Assembly (NCBI RefSeq): GCF_040956055.1
Contig: NC_090911.1
Span: forward strand, 1,524,830-1,588,829
Direction: 5' to 3'
Length of the DNA stretch: 64,000 bases
DNA from: Brachionichthys hirsutus
Taxonomy: Eukaryota
Made by a program: the position numbers and the translations under genes. Numbering within the stretch: the stretch's first letter is position 1; the number at the start of each line of letters is the position of its first letter. Under the pieces are notes generated by a model, which was not told the DNA's origin, made no database searches, and saw only the letters and a list, made by a program, of their open reading frames with translations. Of the stretch, positions 25,401 through 40,400 are shown piece after piece.

Positions 25401-28400
25401 TTCCTTGTGAGCACCAGCTTGGTGCAGCACAAATATCCTGCAGAGACCTGTCTCAACAGAGAGCAAGAGGATGCTGAATGTAGACGGACGTAAACCAAAA
25501 ATGCTAAATTAAGCAAACTGAAGAAACCAATGATGAGATGCACACCTTCAGAATTCAAACACAACATGAGGGACATTTGTTTTTAAATGTCGTCTTGTAC
25601 TTTTTGAGGAGATGCTCAAAATACACCAAATAATCCTTCTGTCCTTTTTTTCATGAATTATATCTGGTGGCTGACATCGTTGATATGAGCGTCAATGGTA
25701 GGATATTTTCAACATTCTGAAAAGTTTCAATTTCTGTATTCAATTTAACTATAGGAGGTTCTGTACAAACGGTGACGTCTCACCATGTGATCAGATCCAG
25801 CGCTGAGCAGCATCTTGCCTTCATCAAGCAGGGTTAGCGTCTCTGTGGCTCCAGAGTGAGCCTGAAAACATCCTACACAGGTGGAGGTGGGCACCGACCA
25901 CACCCTGATCTCCCCAGCCACCGAGCCAGAGCAGAGCATGGAGGAGGAGGAAGCAAAGGAGAGAGAGTGCACCGAGCGGCGGTGACCCAACAGGGCCTGA
26001 GGGAACAGAGGGATTTGTGTATTACGGTATATAAAAACAACATCCAAAGTTCATCCATCAGTTGGGATCTGAATGCCTCTGTGGCCTTTAAAAACAAGTA
26101 AATACATAGATGTCATCCATGCATCAACAGAAAAATGAAATGAGTAGAAATGTAAAGGTAATTTTAAAATACATTGTATTCTATTGAAACATTCAAAGGA
26201 CAACTCAGACTAGAACATGCAAGTCCACCCTCAACAGGTTCTAGATTCTGGCGAGTTCTGCTAGTAGTGGATGATGTGGCCGCAAGTCTCAATCCCAACA
26301 CAAGAATGAGCTTCTTTTAAATATACATCCTCAACCAGCTGACATCACCTGGGGCAATATTCACACTTTTTGTTTCCCCCAAATGTGCACTTGTTCTCCC
26401 AAAGGCCTGAAACATGCCCGTGCAAAAATCAGTGGACTTCCCCTTTAAAATGCCATTTCCTGTCCTAGTTTTTGATTTCAAAGGGTGAACGTTACGTTTC
26501 GGCTAGCAATGACTGACCGCTTGAGTTTTATTCTGGAGCCAGTTCCACACAATCACGGTTCCATCCCAGCAACCAGTAGCTAGCAGGCGATCTTCTGGGT
26601 CAAAGGTCACACAGGCCAAAGGGCTGGTGCTTTGCATGGTTGCTACCACATGACCTTTAGCAGAGGACCAGACCTGGCAGGAGACACTCAAAACGAGTTA
26701 CGGAGCTCATCAGTCTAAGCAGACAGCAAAACTCACATTAAAAAAAGCCCAACCCCTATTCTATAACATCCGGCATGCTGTGTGAAAATAAATGTTTTGT
26801 TCATATCATTGAATATACAGTAAAAAAAAAAAAGTAAGTAGTAAGAAGATACAAACTTTTATTTTACTAATCAACTCAATTGATTTTTATAAAATAAGTA
26901 TTAGCATAATCTGAACCGGGACCCTGCAGAACATTTAAAAGTTTCGTTTACCTGGGATACATAGTAAATACTCTCAACTACAAAATGATTAAACGCAATA
27001 CAGAAAACCAAGGAGCAAGACGATGAAAGAACAGACGGTTACGTTTTCAAACACTCGTATTAAATGACGGCGAGACGAGACTAACCTTCAACGTGCAGTC
27101 CAGCGATACAGTGGCGATGTGCTTCTTGTCTGTCGTGGTGTCGCTTGCTGTTATTGCATTAGTGTGGCCATCGATAAGAGCAGTCCTGCAAGAAGACAAG
27201 CACTTAGCCTGCACAATAAAATGATGCTTTTTATGTTCCGTGCTACTGTACGACTATTCCCTCCGACCTGCAGCCTGTCCCAATGTCCCAGATCTCAATT
27301 CTTCCATTGAAGGAGGTGGAAGCGAGGTGTCCATCCTTCAGGAAGAGACAGCTCGAGATGCCGTCGCAGCTGCTCACCAGCAACTTCACTTCCTGAAGGC
27401 ATCCACGAGGGGGCTCATGTTCAGAATCTCTCTAAGCACGCATGAACACCTGTAACATACCTGTCCGGTCTGAGTGCTGATGAAATGCAGTAATCCCTTC
27501 TCAGTGCCGACCGCCATCAGCTCTCCATCTGAGCTCAAAGCCACACAGGTTGGTCCGGATGAGAAGGTTGACACCAGTTTACTGCGACGAGGCACACAAA
27601 CCCAAAAAACACGTTACTACGCGTCTACGCAATTAACACAAGGATAAAAAGACAACAACAAAAATACAGCTCCCAAACGTAATAAGAACATTTTGGGAAC
27701 ACAAGACGCTTCCAGACAACCAGTTTACCTGGCCTCATGTTGAAGATGGCGGGTATTGTTTAGCCACTCGACCACACGCACACTTCCTTTTCCCACCAGC
27801 CCTTGCGCCCAAATGTGAGCAGAAGTCTCAGGAGGTTCGTTCAGAGCTTGCTGAATGCAAAGAGCTGGCCAGGAGGACAGCAGAAGGGCGTGGCGCTCCA
27901 GGAAACTCCGGCATTCCTCGAGACGATCCTGGATTCCAACTGAGAGCACAAAGAGAGAGCATTTTACGGGGAATAAAGCACACTTGGAAGTGATTTGAGT
28001 ATATTTATGCACTTACATGAAGGAATGGATTTACGCCTGTCATCTACCAAAAATGCACAGGATGCAAATGTTAGCATAAATGGGCTGTTTAAGCCGCACA
28101 ACGTGGGAATTGAATGAGTAAACAACCAACAGATTAATGAGACCAAAACCGTCAGAGCGTAATGACATTCATCATTCATGCTCACCGTAGGAGCTGTAGG
28201 TCTCCAGTAGGTGGTGCAGGAGGCCATGGCGGACATTAGCATACAGGAAATAGTAGCTGGAAAGCAGGGACTGAAGGGCCTCCAACTGGCCACTCTGAAT
28301 CTGAACAGTAGGAATGAGAAACTGCATTAAGTACCACACACACATACAAACACAATACAATAGTCGTTAATGCTTCTCAAAAAGAGAGAAAACAGTTCGT

Positions 28401-31400
28401 TAGTGATTAGAAATACAGAAATGCTTGTTTTCCATATTGCTAAATATTTGTATATAGTTTGTGTACTGAACCATGAAAGTGCAGTTTCTGATGCTGTAGA
28501 GCAGCGGTCACCCGCGAGCCATGGCTTCTCAAGAGTTTGTATAAAATAAAAGACTTCTGAACAAGTCAAATCTGTCCCCTACCTTGTTAAAACGTTGTTA
28601 ATAATTAGTGCCAGTAATCATTAAACATGATCAGTGTATGTACATAGATGAACATCATTAATGATTAATGGTACATTGATACACACTTCTGAAATAAAAC
28701 ATTTGCTCAAACTGGTAGCCCTTTGCATGAATCGGTGCCCAGAAAGGAGCCCTCGGCTTCAAAAAGGTTGGTGACCCCTGCTGTAGAGCATTTATTTCTG
28801 TCCGATTTCTGACAGAAGACAACTAACCAAGGAGGAAGGCAGGTGCAACACAGTATTAGTCTCGCAGTGAAGGAAGGTATCGGTCCCCTGTTGGTCAGCT
28901 AGTGCCCACAAATGACCTGAGATAATAAAGTAATGCACATGTAATTAAAATACACAGGATAGTACACATATTTCTGCAGCCTGTGGGTACTTCACCTGCC
29001 AATACAAGGTGAGCTCTACTTCTGTCACTTTCTGCTGGGAGGAAAAAGTCCTCAAAGGTCCTCCTCACCTCTGGATTGGTCAGAGTCAGCTCATTGTCAG
29101 ATGTGTGGCAATGAGATGGTCCAATCAGGCTGCAGGAATGATCAGGTACATTTTTATTATCTTTAGGATGTCTGCAGAAATAGCTAAAAAGGCATTTTAC
29201 TCCAAAATGTACATTCCTCAGACAGGGAGCAAATGTGAAAACATAATAATTGTATAACCATTTCGGCTATCAAAATGTTTTACATTTCAGTGGAACAAAG
29301 AAAGAACTGGGAAAATAAAAACCTAATTAAAATGATAGCTTCAACTTGCATACCTTTTCAAGCTGTGCACTATACGAGTGAACTTCGTCATTGGAATGCG
29401 CCCTTTGGGACTCCTGGACAGAGGCAGTACTTCCTGCCATGATGCACGTCCGCCCAACGAGGACAGGTCGTTGCACGTGCTCAGAATGGCACACAGGTCG
29501 CTCTCCCTCAGGGCTGTGGAGCACAGCGAGAACATGCCGAGGCGAACAGCAGCAGCTCAGCGAACCATCGGTACAACGTCCTTTCAGCATCCTCTGAGAT
29601 TGTACTACCAGCCAGTCTAGCATCAACCTCTCACCGGTGGCGCTGACAGTGAAGGCAGCCAGGGCCCAGCGGAGTCCCACGAAGCCTCTGTACTGCAAGC
29701 AGAGCCTGTCGAGGCTGTAGTGCACCAGCTGGCTCAGAGACTGGGGCAGGCCGTGGAGGTTCTCCTTCAGCTGAGGCAAAAGCAAAAGCAAAAGCAGCTC
29801 AGGCACACAGCAGGGCGCTCGAATATCTCTAACTGTCAGCAGAGTCGGTAGTATGAAGGGAAAATGTTTTCACTGACAAACAGCAGTGAGAAATCTAAAG
29901 GAAATCCATCTTCAGTCGGGAAGTGTTTAGGAAAGTATTAAAACCTTATCAAAGGAGGCGAAGTTCCTCAGGTCTTCACAAGCCAGGTGCAGGTAGAGAG
30001 GATTCACGGCTCCCTTCTTCATGATCAGAGTCTGGAGCTGGACAGACGGATGCAGCAGCGTTAAAGGAAAGAAACCCAAAAGTAATTAAAGAAGCCTTAA
30101 CGGACCAGTATCAAGGATTCATGGAAATCTCTTGACCATCCTCTCCTGGCATTTTCCCGTTAGGGGTTGACAGAGTGGAGCATCTTCTTCCAATCCTCTC
30201 TCTCTCCTGCATCCATCCATGGTCTCCCTCACTGGTCTTCCTCTTCTCCTCTTGCCTGGCAGCTCTGTCCTCAGCATCATTTTCCCTACATCGCTATCAT
30301 CTCCACTACATAGACTCTCACTTTCCGTCTCTTTGCTACCTTCCACTCCCTGGATCCTCACTTTTAACTCCTGTAATTCTCCTCTTCTGCAGATTCGTTC
30401 ATTCTATAACACACACACACACACACACACACACCTGATTGTTGAAAGCAGAGTCACTAAGCTTCTTCCCGAACGTGTCCAGTCCCTTCTGAACGATCTC
30501 CTTCCGGTCCGACATGGTAAGCTGCCCCAGCGTAAACAGGGTGGCGTTTGTTTTCTTGGCCATGGTTTGTAAGAGTGCCGCTTTGGATGTGATGCTCACG
30601 ATCAGACAAACACCCTACAACAAAAAGAGCGTCTGTGTTATTGGCGCAGAGAGAACAGTCGCAAACAAAGCGATCAGAAGGCGTAAATGTAGGTGGGTTG
30701 TTAAGGACACCATTTATAACAAACCTGATAAATAACAAGAATCATTTTAATATGTTTTGTCCTGCTTCCGACCCAGTTATACGTCGAAAGATCAGAATTC
30801 TAACAGTTTGAAGAAAGTTCCATCTAATCAAGTAGCTTGTGTGTGAGGATTTTCTTCTTAGAAACTCACCTGTGGAATCTGTTGTGGTATCCAATCACAG
30901 CTCTGCTGGTCTCTGCCGTCGCGAACAAGATCCACCCCGTCGACGAGCAGCACCAGAGGTTTCTTCTTCACCTCATTCAGATTGGAGTGGAATTCCGACA
31001 GCAAATCCCTTGGATCAAACATAATGAGAGGTGGCTGTGCGGGTTTAGAGAATACGACACGCGTGTTAATTTGACCTAGTACATTCAATTTTCTTCAAGA
31101 AAACTCAAAGTGTAGGTACTTGTAAGAATAAGGAAGAGGCGACTCCTCCTCAGCTTCTTTCATATTCCGCAACTGCTGAACAAGAAACTGAAGCAAGATT
31201 TCCACAGAGCTCGCCGACTGGCTGGCAGTGGTAGAGTAGGAGACGACGTTACAGATGAGATTTGTCCTCGACTTAATCCCAGTCCTGAGGGCATCGGCGA
31301 GGGCAGCCTGCGTGGAGAGAGAGCTAATAATGGTAGCAATGCTTCCCCATGTCGAGAACTTATCTACCTGACAGTGTAGTTTAAAGTCAAACACAAAGCT

Positions 31401-34400
31401 ACATCTCTGGAAATCTAAACCCTTAAAGACAGCTTGGTGACTCAAATTACCCCGATGACAGACGGCAAAGAATTAATGAAGAGGAAATGTATACTCTCGA
31501 TAGTGTTTGTCTGGTTGTTGCAGTTTCACTAACTTTATTGTACAATGGTGGAAACAACTCATCATTTCATACCAATTTAGTTTTAAATGGAGGTCAAAAT
31601 GGATCACATCATGTCTGACAGCTGACACCAAGTTACATGAACTAACTTGGAGCAGTAACTTGAATCTAGTGCAACAAAACAGACTATAATGACTGAGATA
31701 ATTAGTGATTGCTTTTTGCCCAGTCCTAACGGAACCCAACCGCCATCACCGGGTTAAAGGTCGCGGCAGCCAACGCAACACAACGCCATTCCTTTGAGAA
31801 CTTTACCATGAAAACAGTTTTGCCGTGTCCAGGTCCTCCCTCCACCAACATCAACCCTCCTTTGATCTGGATCTGCTCCACTGTCTCAGCAGCATTGTGC
31901 AGCAGCTTCGCCCGGCCAAAGAACTGCCTCCGCAGCGCCTCCTGGTGGACATCTTGTATAGTTGCGTTGGACAAAGCGTCTGCCTCGTCGCTCTTCTGTC
32001 ACATGAAGACAAGGCTTTATTTTTATATATTGAAAAACACGTGTGTTTGGTGGTTTTACACAGAGGAGCAAAAAAAGTATAAGCACAGACACCGACAACC
32101 AGTAGCCAAGTCCAATCCTGAGTATTTCTTTTAGGATAATTATGACAATATTGTCAAACAATAATTACATTCTGTTCATTTTTGTTCAAATTTAATTGTT
32201 ATTTTCTGGTTAAAATGTTACATGCAAAGTGATGAGTTTGCAGTTTTTTTAATATATAAATTAAACTATTCAACATGTGGGCAGGACAGAGGCGTAGTGG
32301 TTAGCGCTTTCGCCTCACAGCAAGGTTCAAATCCGTTTGGCTTCTATGCTCTCCCCATGTCCGTCTGGGTTTTCTCCGGTTTCCTCCCACCTCCAAAAAC
32401 ATGCAATTTAGGCAAACTGATTACTTCAAATTGTCCATGGTGTGTGTGTGTGTGTGTGTGTGTGTGTGCACGTGGTTGTTTGTGTGCCCCTCGCCCATAT
32501 GAAGCTGGGATAGGCTCCAGCAACTCCCGTGACCCGCAAAAGCAGAAAAGTGGAAGAAGACGGATGGATGGATATTCAACAGTTGATAAACAGCAGCAAC
32601 ATATTTTTCTTTTTTTTATTTACTTATGGAAACTCCAAACGCAGGAAGCCTTCTTGTAGCGCTTGTATTTTCGTGTGGGATTGCTATATTTACTTAATTC
32701 AAGTATTTACACTCCATATCTAGCATAACCTGGTTTCCGGTACCTTGAAAATGAAAACTGAATTATCAGAGTGACTCACTTCCACAAAGAGCTTCACAAC
32801 AGCCATCCACAGGTCTTCAAGTACAGCCTTGGCAAAGCCCTCCAGTTTAGTCAGATATGGTTTCCCATCCACGATACCGCCCCACTCACACGAGTAGCTG
32901 AGAACGAGAAAGAGAAAACGTCTTCTGATGCTCTTGCATTTCAGAATGCTCGGACAAAGAGCATCTACTACATCTCTAGTGCGTCTGGTTTGTGTGCTAC
33001 ACAATAATGTGGAGAGAAGGAGACGAGCTATTCGAGTCCCGGTCCTGACCGATGCCGTGAGCTCATAAGAGAAGAGAGGCCCCGTAATCCACGGAGAACA
33101 TTTCTCAAACAGTAAAAATGGCGCTTCGCAGCTTTTAGTACGACTATAACATGAACGGTCGAACAATTACGCCATTTCTAAGGATGTAGTCATTTTCCTT
33201 TGGTCAGCGACAGAATTCAGAGTTGATGCGTTAAATGAATACGACTCTAATGATGTAGTTAATATATTTTAACACTGAAGCTTCAGCATTAAAGGATCCC
33301 ACATGACTCACTTTTCAGTAACCTTGGCCTCACTGGCCCGGACGCTTCTCTTCAGATAGGCCATTTTTGATTCAGCCTCCTTCGATTCTGGAACAAAGTC
33401 AGTTCTCCAAGCCACCGGAATCGATCTGAGAGAAAGTTAAGACACAAAGCAGTTGAACAGAACCACAAATATCTTGAACATACAACCCATAATCCTTGTA
33501 ACACCACTTTAGGAACTCTCAGAACTTGGTCAACAAGGTTAGAGTTCAAACTGGATGTCAATGAGACCATGCAACGATGTCACCTCGCTCTTTACTAGCA
33601 TCCCCACCAGGGAAGCAGGAAGGACTGTTTAAAAAAATAAAACAGCTCACAAAAGACCACGCCGCCCCACAGAACAAACCTCACCGGGACCGCATCCTCC
33701 TGGACCTTTCCTGTGTAATCCGCACTCCATAATGCGTGTATAATCCGTACTTCATAACGCGGGTGTATAATCCGTACTTCATAACGCGAGTGTATAATCC
33801 GTACTTCATAACGCGAGTGTGTAATCCGTACTTCATAACACGAGTATATAATCCGTACTTCACAACGCGAGTGTGTAATCCGTACTTCACAACGCGAGTG
33901 TGTAATCCGTACTTCACAACGCAAGTGTGTAATCCGTACTTCATAACGCGAGTATATAATCCGTACTTCATAACGCGAGTGTATAATCCGTACTTCATAA
34001 AGCGGGTGTATAATCAGTACTTCATAACGCGAGTGTATAATCCGTACTTCATAAAGCGGGTGTATAATCAGTACTTCATAACGCGAGTGTATAATCCGTA
34101 CTTCATAATGCGGGTGTATAATCAGTACTTCATAAAGCGGGTGTATAATCAGTACTTCATAAAGCGGGTGTATAATCAGTACTTCATAATGCGGGTGTAT
34201 AATCAGTACTTCATAATGCGGGTGTATAATCCGTACTTCATAAAACGGGTGTATAATCAGTACTTCATAAAGCGGGCGTATAATCAGTACTTCATAACGC
34301 GAGTGTATAATCCGTACTTCATAACGCGGGCGTATAATCCGTACTTCATAACGCGGGCGTATAATCAGTACTTCATAACGCGGGCGTATAATCAGTACTT

Positions 34401-37400
34401 CATAACGCGGGTGTATAATCCGTACTTCATAACGCGGGTGTATAATCCGTACTTCATAACGCGGGCGTATAACCCGTACTTCATAACGCGGGCGTATAAT
34501 CAGTACTTCATAACGCGGGCGTATAATCAGTACTTCATAACGCGGGTGTATAATCAGTACTTCATAACGCGGGTGTATAATCAGTACTTCATAACGCGGG
34601 TGTATAATCCGTACTTCATAATGAGAGTGAATAATACTTACTTTATAACGTCTGGGTCTCTGAAGTAACAGAACATTCGCTGGTCTGCGCCGTCTGGAAA
34701 AAGAGCCTGGAACTGACGGATCTCCAGCTCAGTGATTGACAGGCCTGCTGGGGCCGACGCCAGCTGCACACAAGGAACATTTTACTTCTCCATTTCTAAA
34801 TGAAACATTTTTATTTATTTTTTATTTTAAAGCAATGAAGGTTATATCATTTCTACAGAACTGTGATTGGCATGATCAAGATTACACTTCTTGATTGAAC
34901 CATTTCGACTGTTTTTTATTTCAACCGTAATGCAACAAGTGACTAGTAACAGCAGCTTACATTATGAAACACTGGACACATTTGAATCCAATGAGGACAA
35001 TATCAGATTGCGATCCCTCGTCTTTTTCGTTTTATGGGACAGAGACATCAAGTGTGCAACAGCAACGCTTACCCAGCTGTGCTGTGGCAGCTCAGGCAGG
35101 ACCGGTTTGGGAGGCACCAGGCCGTACCTCTCGCCCAGCATTCCCACCATCATCTGGCTACGACACACCTCTGACAGACACAGCTCTGTGGCCCGGCCCG
35201 ACTCCTCCTCCGTCACACCCCAGCGGAGCTCCACCTCCTGCAAGTAGATGCAGTGGAATGCAGCACGGCGGCGGAGCTCCGGGAACACGCTCCTAACCAA
35301 GACGTCACGCTCGGCATACATGTCTCTGAAGGTGGAGGAAACAAACACACGCACAGCGTGCCACCTGGAGACGGAGAAAGGAAATGGTGTTAAAGGTCAG
35401 GGTGAAAATTCATGGAAAGACCGTCCACATTGGGCGCCAAGCTAGAAAACCGCTTAGAACCATTTTGTTGTCACAATTAAAATGACCTCAACTTCGGGGT
35501 TGGTGGTATTGCATCAACACTGTCTGGGGTCTGAGGGCTCTCAGCTCCCTTTGGTGGGGGGATGTTGAACAGTTTGTCTAAATGTTCCACATGGTCCAAC
35601 AGCCTGGAGGATCCTCGTTCTGCCACAAACCTGATCACACGAATAAATGTTAAACGTTGCAGAAAACACACCTGTAAAGTTTTGATATCACTCAACATGG
35701 TAACCATAAAGAGTGTCCCTGAGCCCTGTTTGTTAAATAAACTACACTGGCTGTTAACATAAAGATGTAGAAATCATCCTCGTGTAAGTTTTGGCAACCG
35801 TTAAAAGACAGAGCCATTATTATTGTACTGTAATCAGAAATCAATGGTTTGTCTTCAAGTAAAATCGGGTTTATCGGGTCTAATAAATGTTTGTGGCTTA
35901 AAATGAGCAGCCAGACATTTTACCTGAGTATCTGTTCACTGAAACCAATCAGGTTGACACAGTTGCTGTCTGAGGGGTACTCCGATGAGCTGCAAGACAT
36001 CAATACGAACGTAAATAGGTTCCCAAATTAATAAAAAAAAAAAAGAGGCTAAACAGAAAGTGTTCGATGCGATTGGTTGGAGTATAACTTTAGCCTCCCA
36101 GCACTATCGATCAGATAAAGGAGCAACAGCGGCAAAATTGAGCATTACCGTCCGGTCAGATGGACGTTCACCACGAGAGCCTTGTCATTTATGTCCTTCC
36201 TGTAGCTGCTGATGGCCCACTTAACAACCTCAGTGACCCAGTGATCGGTCAACACAATGATGTTGTCTACCTGAAGCACAAAAGCATGCACGGAAGGAAG
36301 CATCTTAATTATGACAACGTAGGTTGGAATAAATGTGATGCTAATATTTGAGTTATCGTCATCAGACAAGTAATTTAATGCAACATCCTAGAGAAACAGA
36401 AAAAGAGCACAGCTTAAAATAAGAGTATGAAAGCTGGAGATTAAACATTGATTTTTGCAACACTACCAAACACCAGATTAGATATATGTAAAACGTCAAC
36501 AAAAACAGGATGAAATGATTTATAAATTGTTTTTAAAACATAAATGCAATTTAAAACTGTGTAAATTCAAGATACTTAAAGTTCAATCTGTTACTTTTTT
36601 ATGCAAGTAATATAAATTCATGTCTGTTTATTATTTACCTACTGAAGGATTGAAGATCCTGGACAGTCGGTGTTTTTTCATAATGTGAAGTTTTTGTTCA
36701 TTTTGAATGCAGAAGGTAACATATTCAAATTCCTTGGATGAAATGTCCTTAAACTCTTGAATTATCTACTTGCTCAGATTTTGCCATTGTGATAAACTTT
36801 GCTTTAGAAGGGCGGGACTTTAAACAGCATCTTGTGTTATACTTAATTATATATTTTGTTGATTTTTTATAAATATGATTTGGTACATTGTTAGACATAC
36901 TGTCCTTTGTATTGTTTTCAAATGTTTTGAATGTCAAAAAGGATTACTAAACGGACCTGGGGTCGCCCAGAATAAAGACTTTTTTGAAAAATCTTCGAAC
37001 TCACCAGGCAGAATCATAGAGAACAGCACCCAGGCAGAGAAACAAATATACATCTCAAACATATCCGTGTTTATACACACACACTGACCTTGTTTTCCTT
37101 GGTGAACAGGATGGACTGGAAGTCACATTCATCTGAAAACATGTCACCGGCCTGTGAACACATACATTTCCTTCTTGTACAAGAGCTTCACTTTGATTGA
37201 ATGACACCACATTAATAATTTATTATCTGAACCACATTATGGTATAAAATGGTACTGACCTTTACTTGTTTCATCACACTCTTGACGTTATCCAAAACAA
37301 CATCCGACTCCAGGTTGATTTCTTTGCACTGATACCAATCCATGAAGTAGAGCTGGAAGTCCTCCGCTCTGTTGCCAATCATCAAGGAGAGCAAAACGGC

Positions 37401-40400
37401 CACCTCCATCACCTGGACGAAAGTCAAATGGTGGAAATCATTTATTTATTTGTTTGTTTATTTATTTCGACCACGTAAACAACCATGAATAAAATGATAA
37501 AACAATGCCAAATACATGCGCACACATATACATAAACATAAATACATATATATACTGTACACATATGTAAAGACATATTCACACACACACGCAGCACATG
37601 TAACATTAATTAACAATAACTCGAACAATAAATAATAACCATAATGCACTAACTATGCAATTTATGTGAGTGAAAGGGAGTAGGAAGAAGTAAATACTTA
37701 TTTAACCCTACCCCTTCTAATCATCAAGAAATTAAGCACAACCCCCCCCCCCCATTAGACTTACATTGCTCAAACCTGTGTTGATAAATTAAGCATGGAC
37801 CCCGCTGTTCTCTCCAAATGTTCATTTCTTTATTCAAAGTGTTACCGTTGTTCAGTTGCGGCCATTTTTAGGACACAATATCGATGACAAGTGTCAGCCT
37901 GGCTTCAGGACAGTGCTTTTAAATTTGATGAACAAATCGGCCCTGTGGTCAAAGGTGCTTTTTATCCAAGCGTGAAGCTTTCACCTAAAGAATTGGCGGC
38001 ATCCATGCCTCATCAAGACTCAACCACTGCAACTCCCCGTGTGCGGGATCAGACATGTTCTTTGTGGTGCCTGCAGATGGTGCAACATGCTGCTGCTCGC
38101 CTTTTAACTAGCAAAACAACAAAAATAACCACATCGCAGCCGGTCTGGCATCCTGTCCACTTCAGAATGGATTTTAAGATTCTGCTGTTGGTTCTTAAGA
38201 TGGTACTTAGCTTAGCTCATGCATGTCAATAAACCAGCTAGAACACTGAGGTCGTCAGGTGGGTTGCTGCTGGATGTCCCAAAGTCCAGGCTCAAAACTC
38301 GAGGGGCCCGAGCTCTGGCCCCGACTGCCCCTCAATTATGGAGCAGCTGACCTTTAAATATTAGAACTGCACAGACTCTTGAGATGTTTCAGTCGTTGAA
38401 GACTCATCGCTTCTCGCTGGCTTTTTTTTTATATACGGACTGCTTTGAGTTTTGTGATTGCTGTACATTTTATTTTGTTATATCCTTTATACTGTAATGT
38501 TCTCTGATTGTACTTTTCTATTTTATAGTTGCATTTCTTTGTTTTAGGGCTTTTTAGATTGTATTTAAACAATTGTATAAACAAATTTGACTTTGTTAAT
38601 TTTGAAGAGAAAACAGTCCCTTACAGTCGGAGTGAGTTTGTCTTCCTCCTTTTTCTTCCCTCCTCTCCTCTTGTCTTGGTTCTCTTCTTCCTCCTCGCTG
38701 CTTTCTTCCTCGGATTCTCGTGGCAGACAGAAGTCTTCTTGGAGGCGTGTATCAGACTGCATGTTATGGGAGATTAGAATGGCGGTCCGTCCGGGGAGCG
38801 GGGGCACGTTGTGGCAACAGGAGATCTGAATGGCCGCCTCCAGAGCGCTGCGGTAGCAGTTCAACAGAGGAATGGTGTACTTCCTCTCACTGGACACAGA
38901 CACATTCAAAGTGAGGATACAGTTCCTCGTTTTAAATCCACACAGATGTCAACTTCTGTTTCTAGTCTATATAGTTTTACTTACCTTTCCCAGTAATTCT
39001 AACTACTTTTGTTGCACAAAACATTTGATACTTTGCTGCAATAACTACAAATCAGAAACGTAATGAACATGGAGTGTATCAAATAAACACTTCTGAACAT
39101 CCATCGCATCATACTTGGCCTTCTGGAGCTCAGTCTTTTTCAGCCGGTATTGTCGGTAGATAAATGGCACTCCAAGTGCTGCCCGGATCCTGTTCCTTGG
39201 ACTTGTATCCCAGTCCTGACGACGGAAGCGGATGCTTTTGGGAATCTTCTTCAGGATTCCCTTCAGGATGTCTTTGACAGGTGGCAGAGCTTTCTGTGAT
39301 TTTGAGGCTGAAGGACAAAGAGAGGAGATCTGTGTTCTCATTTTCTTGCTTGCTTGCTCCTGCTTTTAGATTAAAACAAGACATTTATTTGATGTTGAGG
39401 TGGACTGTTTACACATTTACTTAAGTTCTACAGAATAAATAATTGGTAGATTTATTCAGAATACACATCTGTAATGACACCAATTTACTGTATATATTAA
39501 ATCAACGTTTCCATCCTATTGTTGAATGCTTTCTTTATGTTTTCTTCATCAGGCTCACCCAGAGCGTGAAGCTGCATGATGACTTTGTAGGCAGTGAGGA
39601 ATCTGAAGGGGAACAGTCGGCTCTGAATGATTGCTCTCTGTCGGCAGAGAGAAAGCAGCGGTGAATAACAGGTCTCACGCAAGTTACGCGAGACCTGACA
39701 GAAACCGCAACGGCCAACTGACCTTGTCGATCAGTCTCTCGAGAATCTTCTGGTGATGAACTTCACTGATGCCCACATTTATCATGTTCCTCAGATTCCT
39801 CAGCATGGCCATGAAGGGGAGAGACCGATTATCTAAACACCAGAGATATTACCGGTACTCATTAATGTATGTGATCGCAGACACCCGTGTCCACATTCTG
39901 GACCAGATTAGGTATTACAGGTCCGTATATTCAGACAGTATTATTATACACGTCTGCAGACATGGTTTTTATCTTTATAGCAAACACAGGAACCCGCTGG
40001 AGAATAAAAGATTCACCTTTCTATCTATGAATCAATGCATAGATAGAAAGGTGGTTTGGCCAGGCTACTCTGAAACAGAAAAAGGGTTGGATGTAATTGT
40101 TAAATGGTCAGGTCGTCTGCTTGGTGAAGCTCAGACCAGCCCTGCATCCTTGTACAGTCGGCAGGTGCAGAGGAGCGCCTCCTCCGTGTTACGGGATGAC
40201 CTGCACCCCCTGTACGGTCATTTTGTCTCTCTGGCCTCTGGGCGGAGGTTACTAGTGCCAAGGTGCCCAACTCAGCGGTACAAGAATAGCTTTGTCCCGA
40301 CTGCGGTGGGTTTGCTGAATATGCATTAGTCTGTATTTTAATCCTTCATCTTTTTATCGGGTTTTATTTTAATCAGAGTCTTAAATTTTGGTTTGTAACT

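Noticed and set aside
33736-34668. A 310-aa ORF on the plus strand (YNPYFITRV repeats) with overlapping 105-109-aa ORFs on the minus strand.
   Set aside because: These are produced entirely by a 27-bp minisatellite in a TEP1 intron. Any 27-bp periodic array is open in all frames. There is no start context, no splice signals and no known family.
35248-35445. Plus-strand ORFs overlapping the TEP1 DUF4062 exon, such as 34964-35296 and 34891-35247.
   Set aside because: They are antisense to a well-supported TEP1 exon and have no homology.
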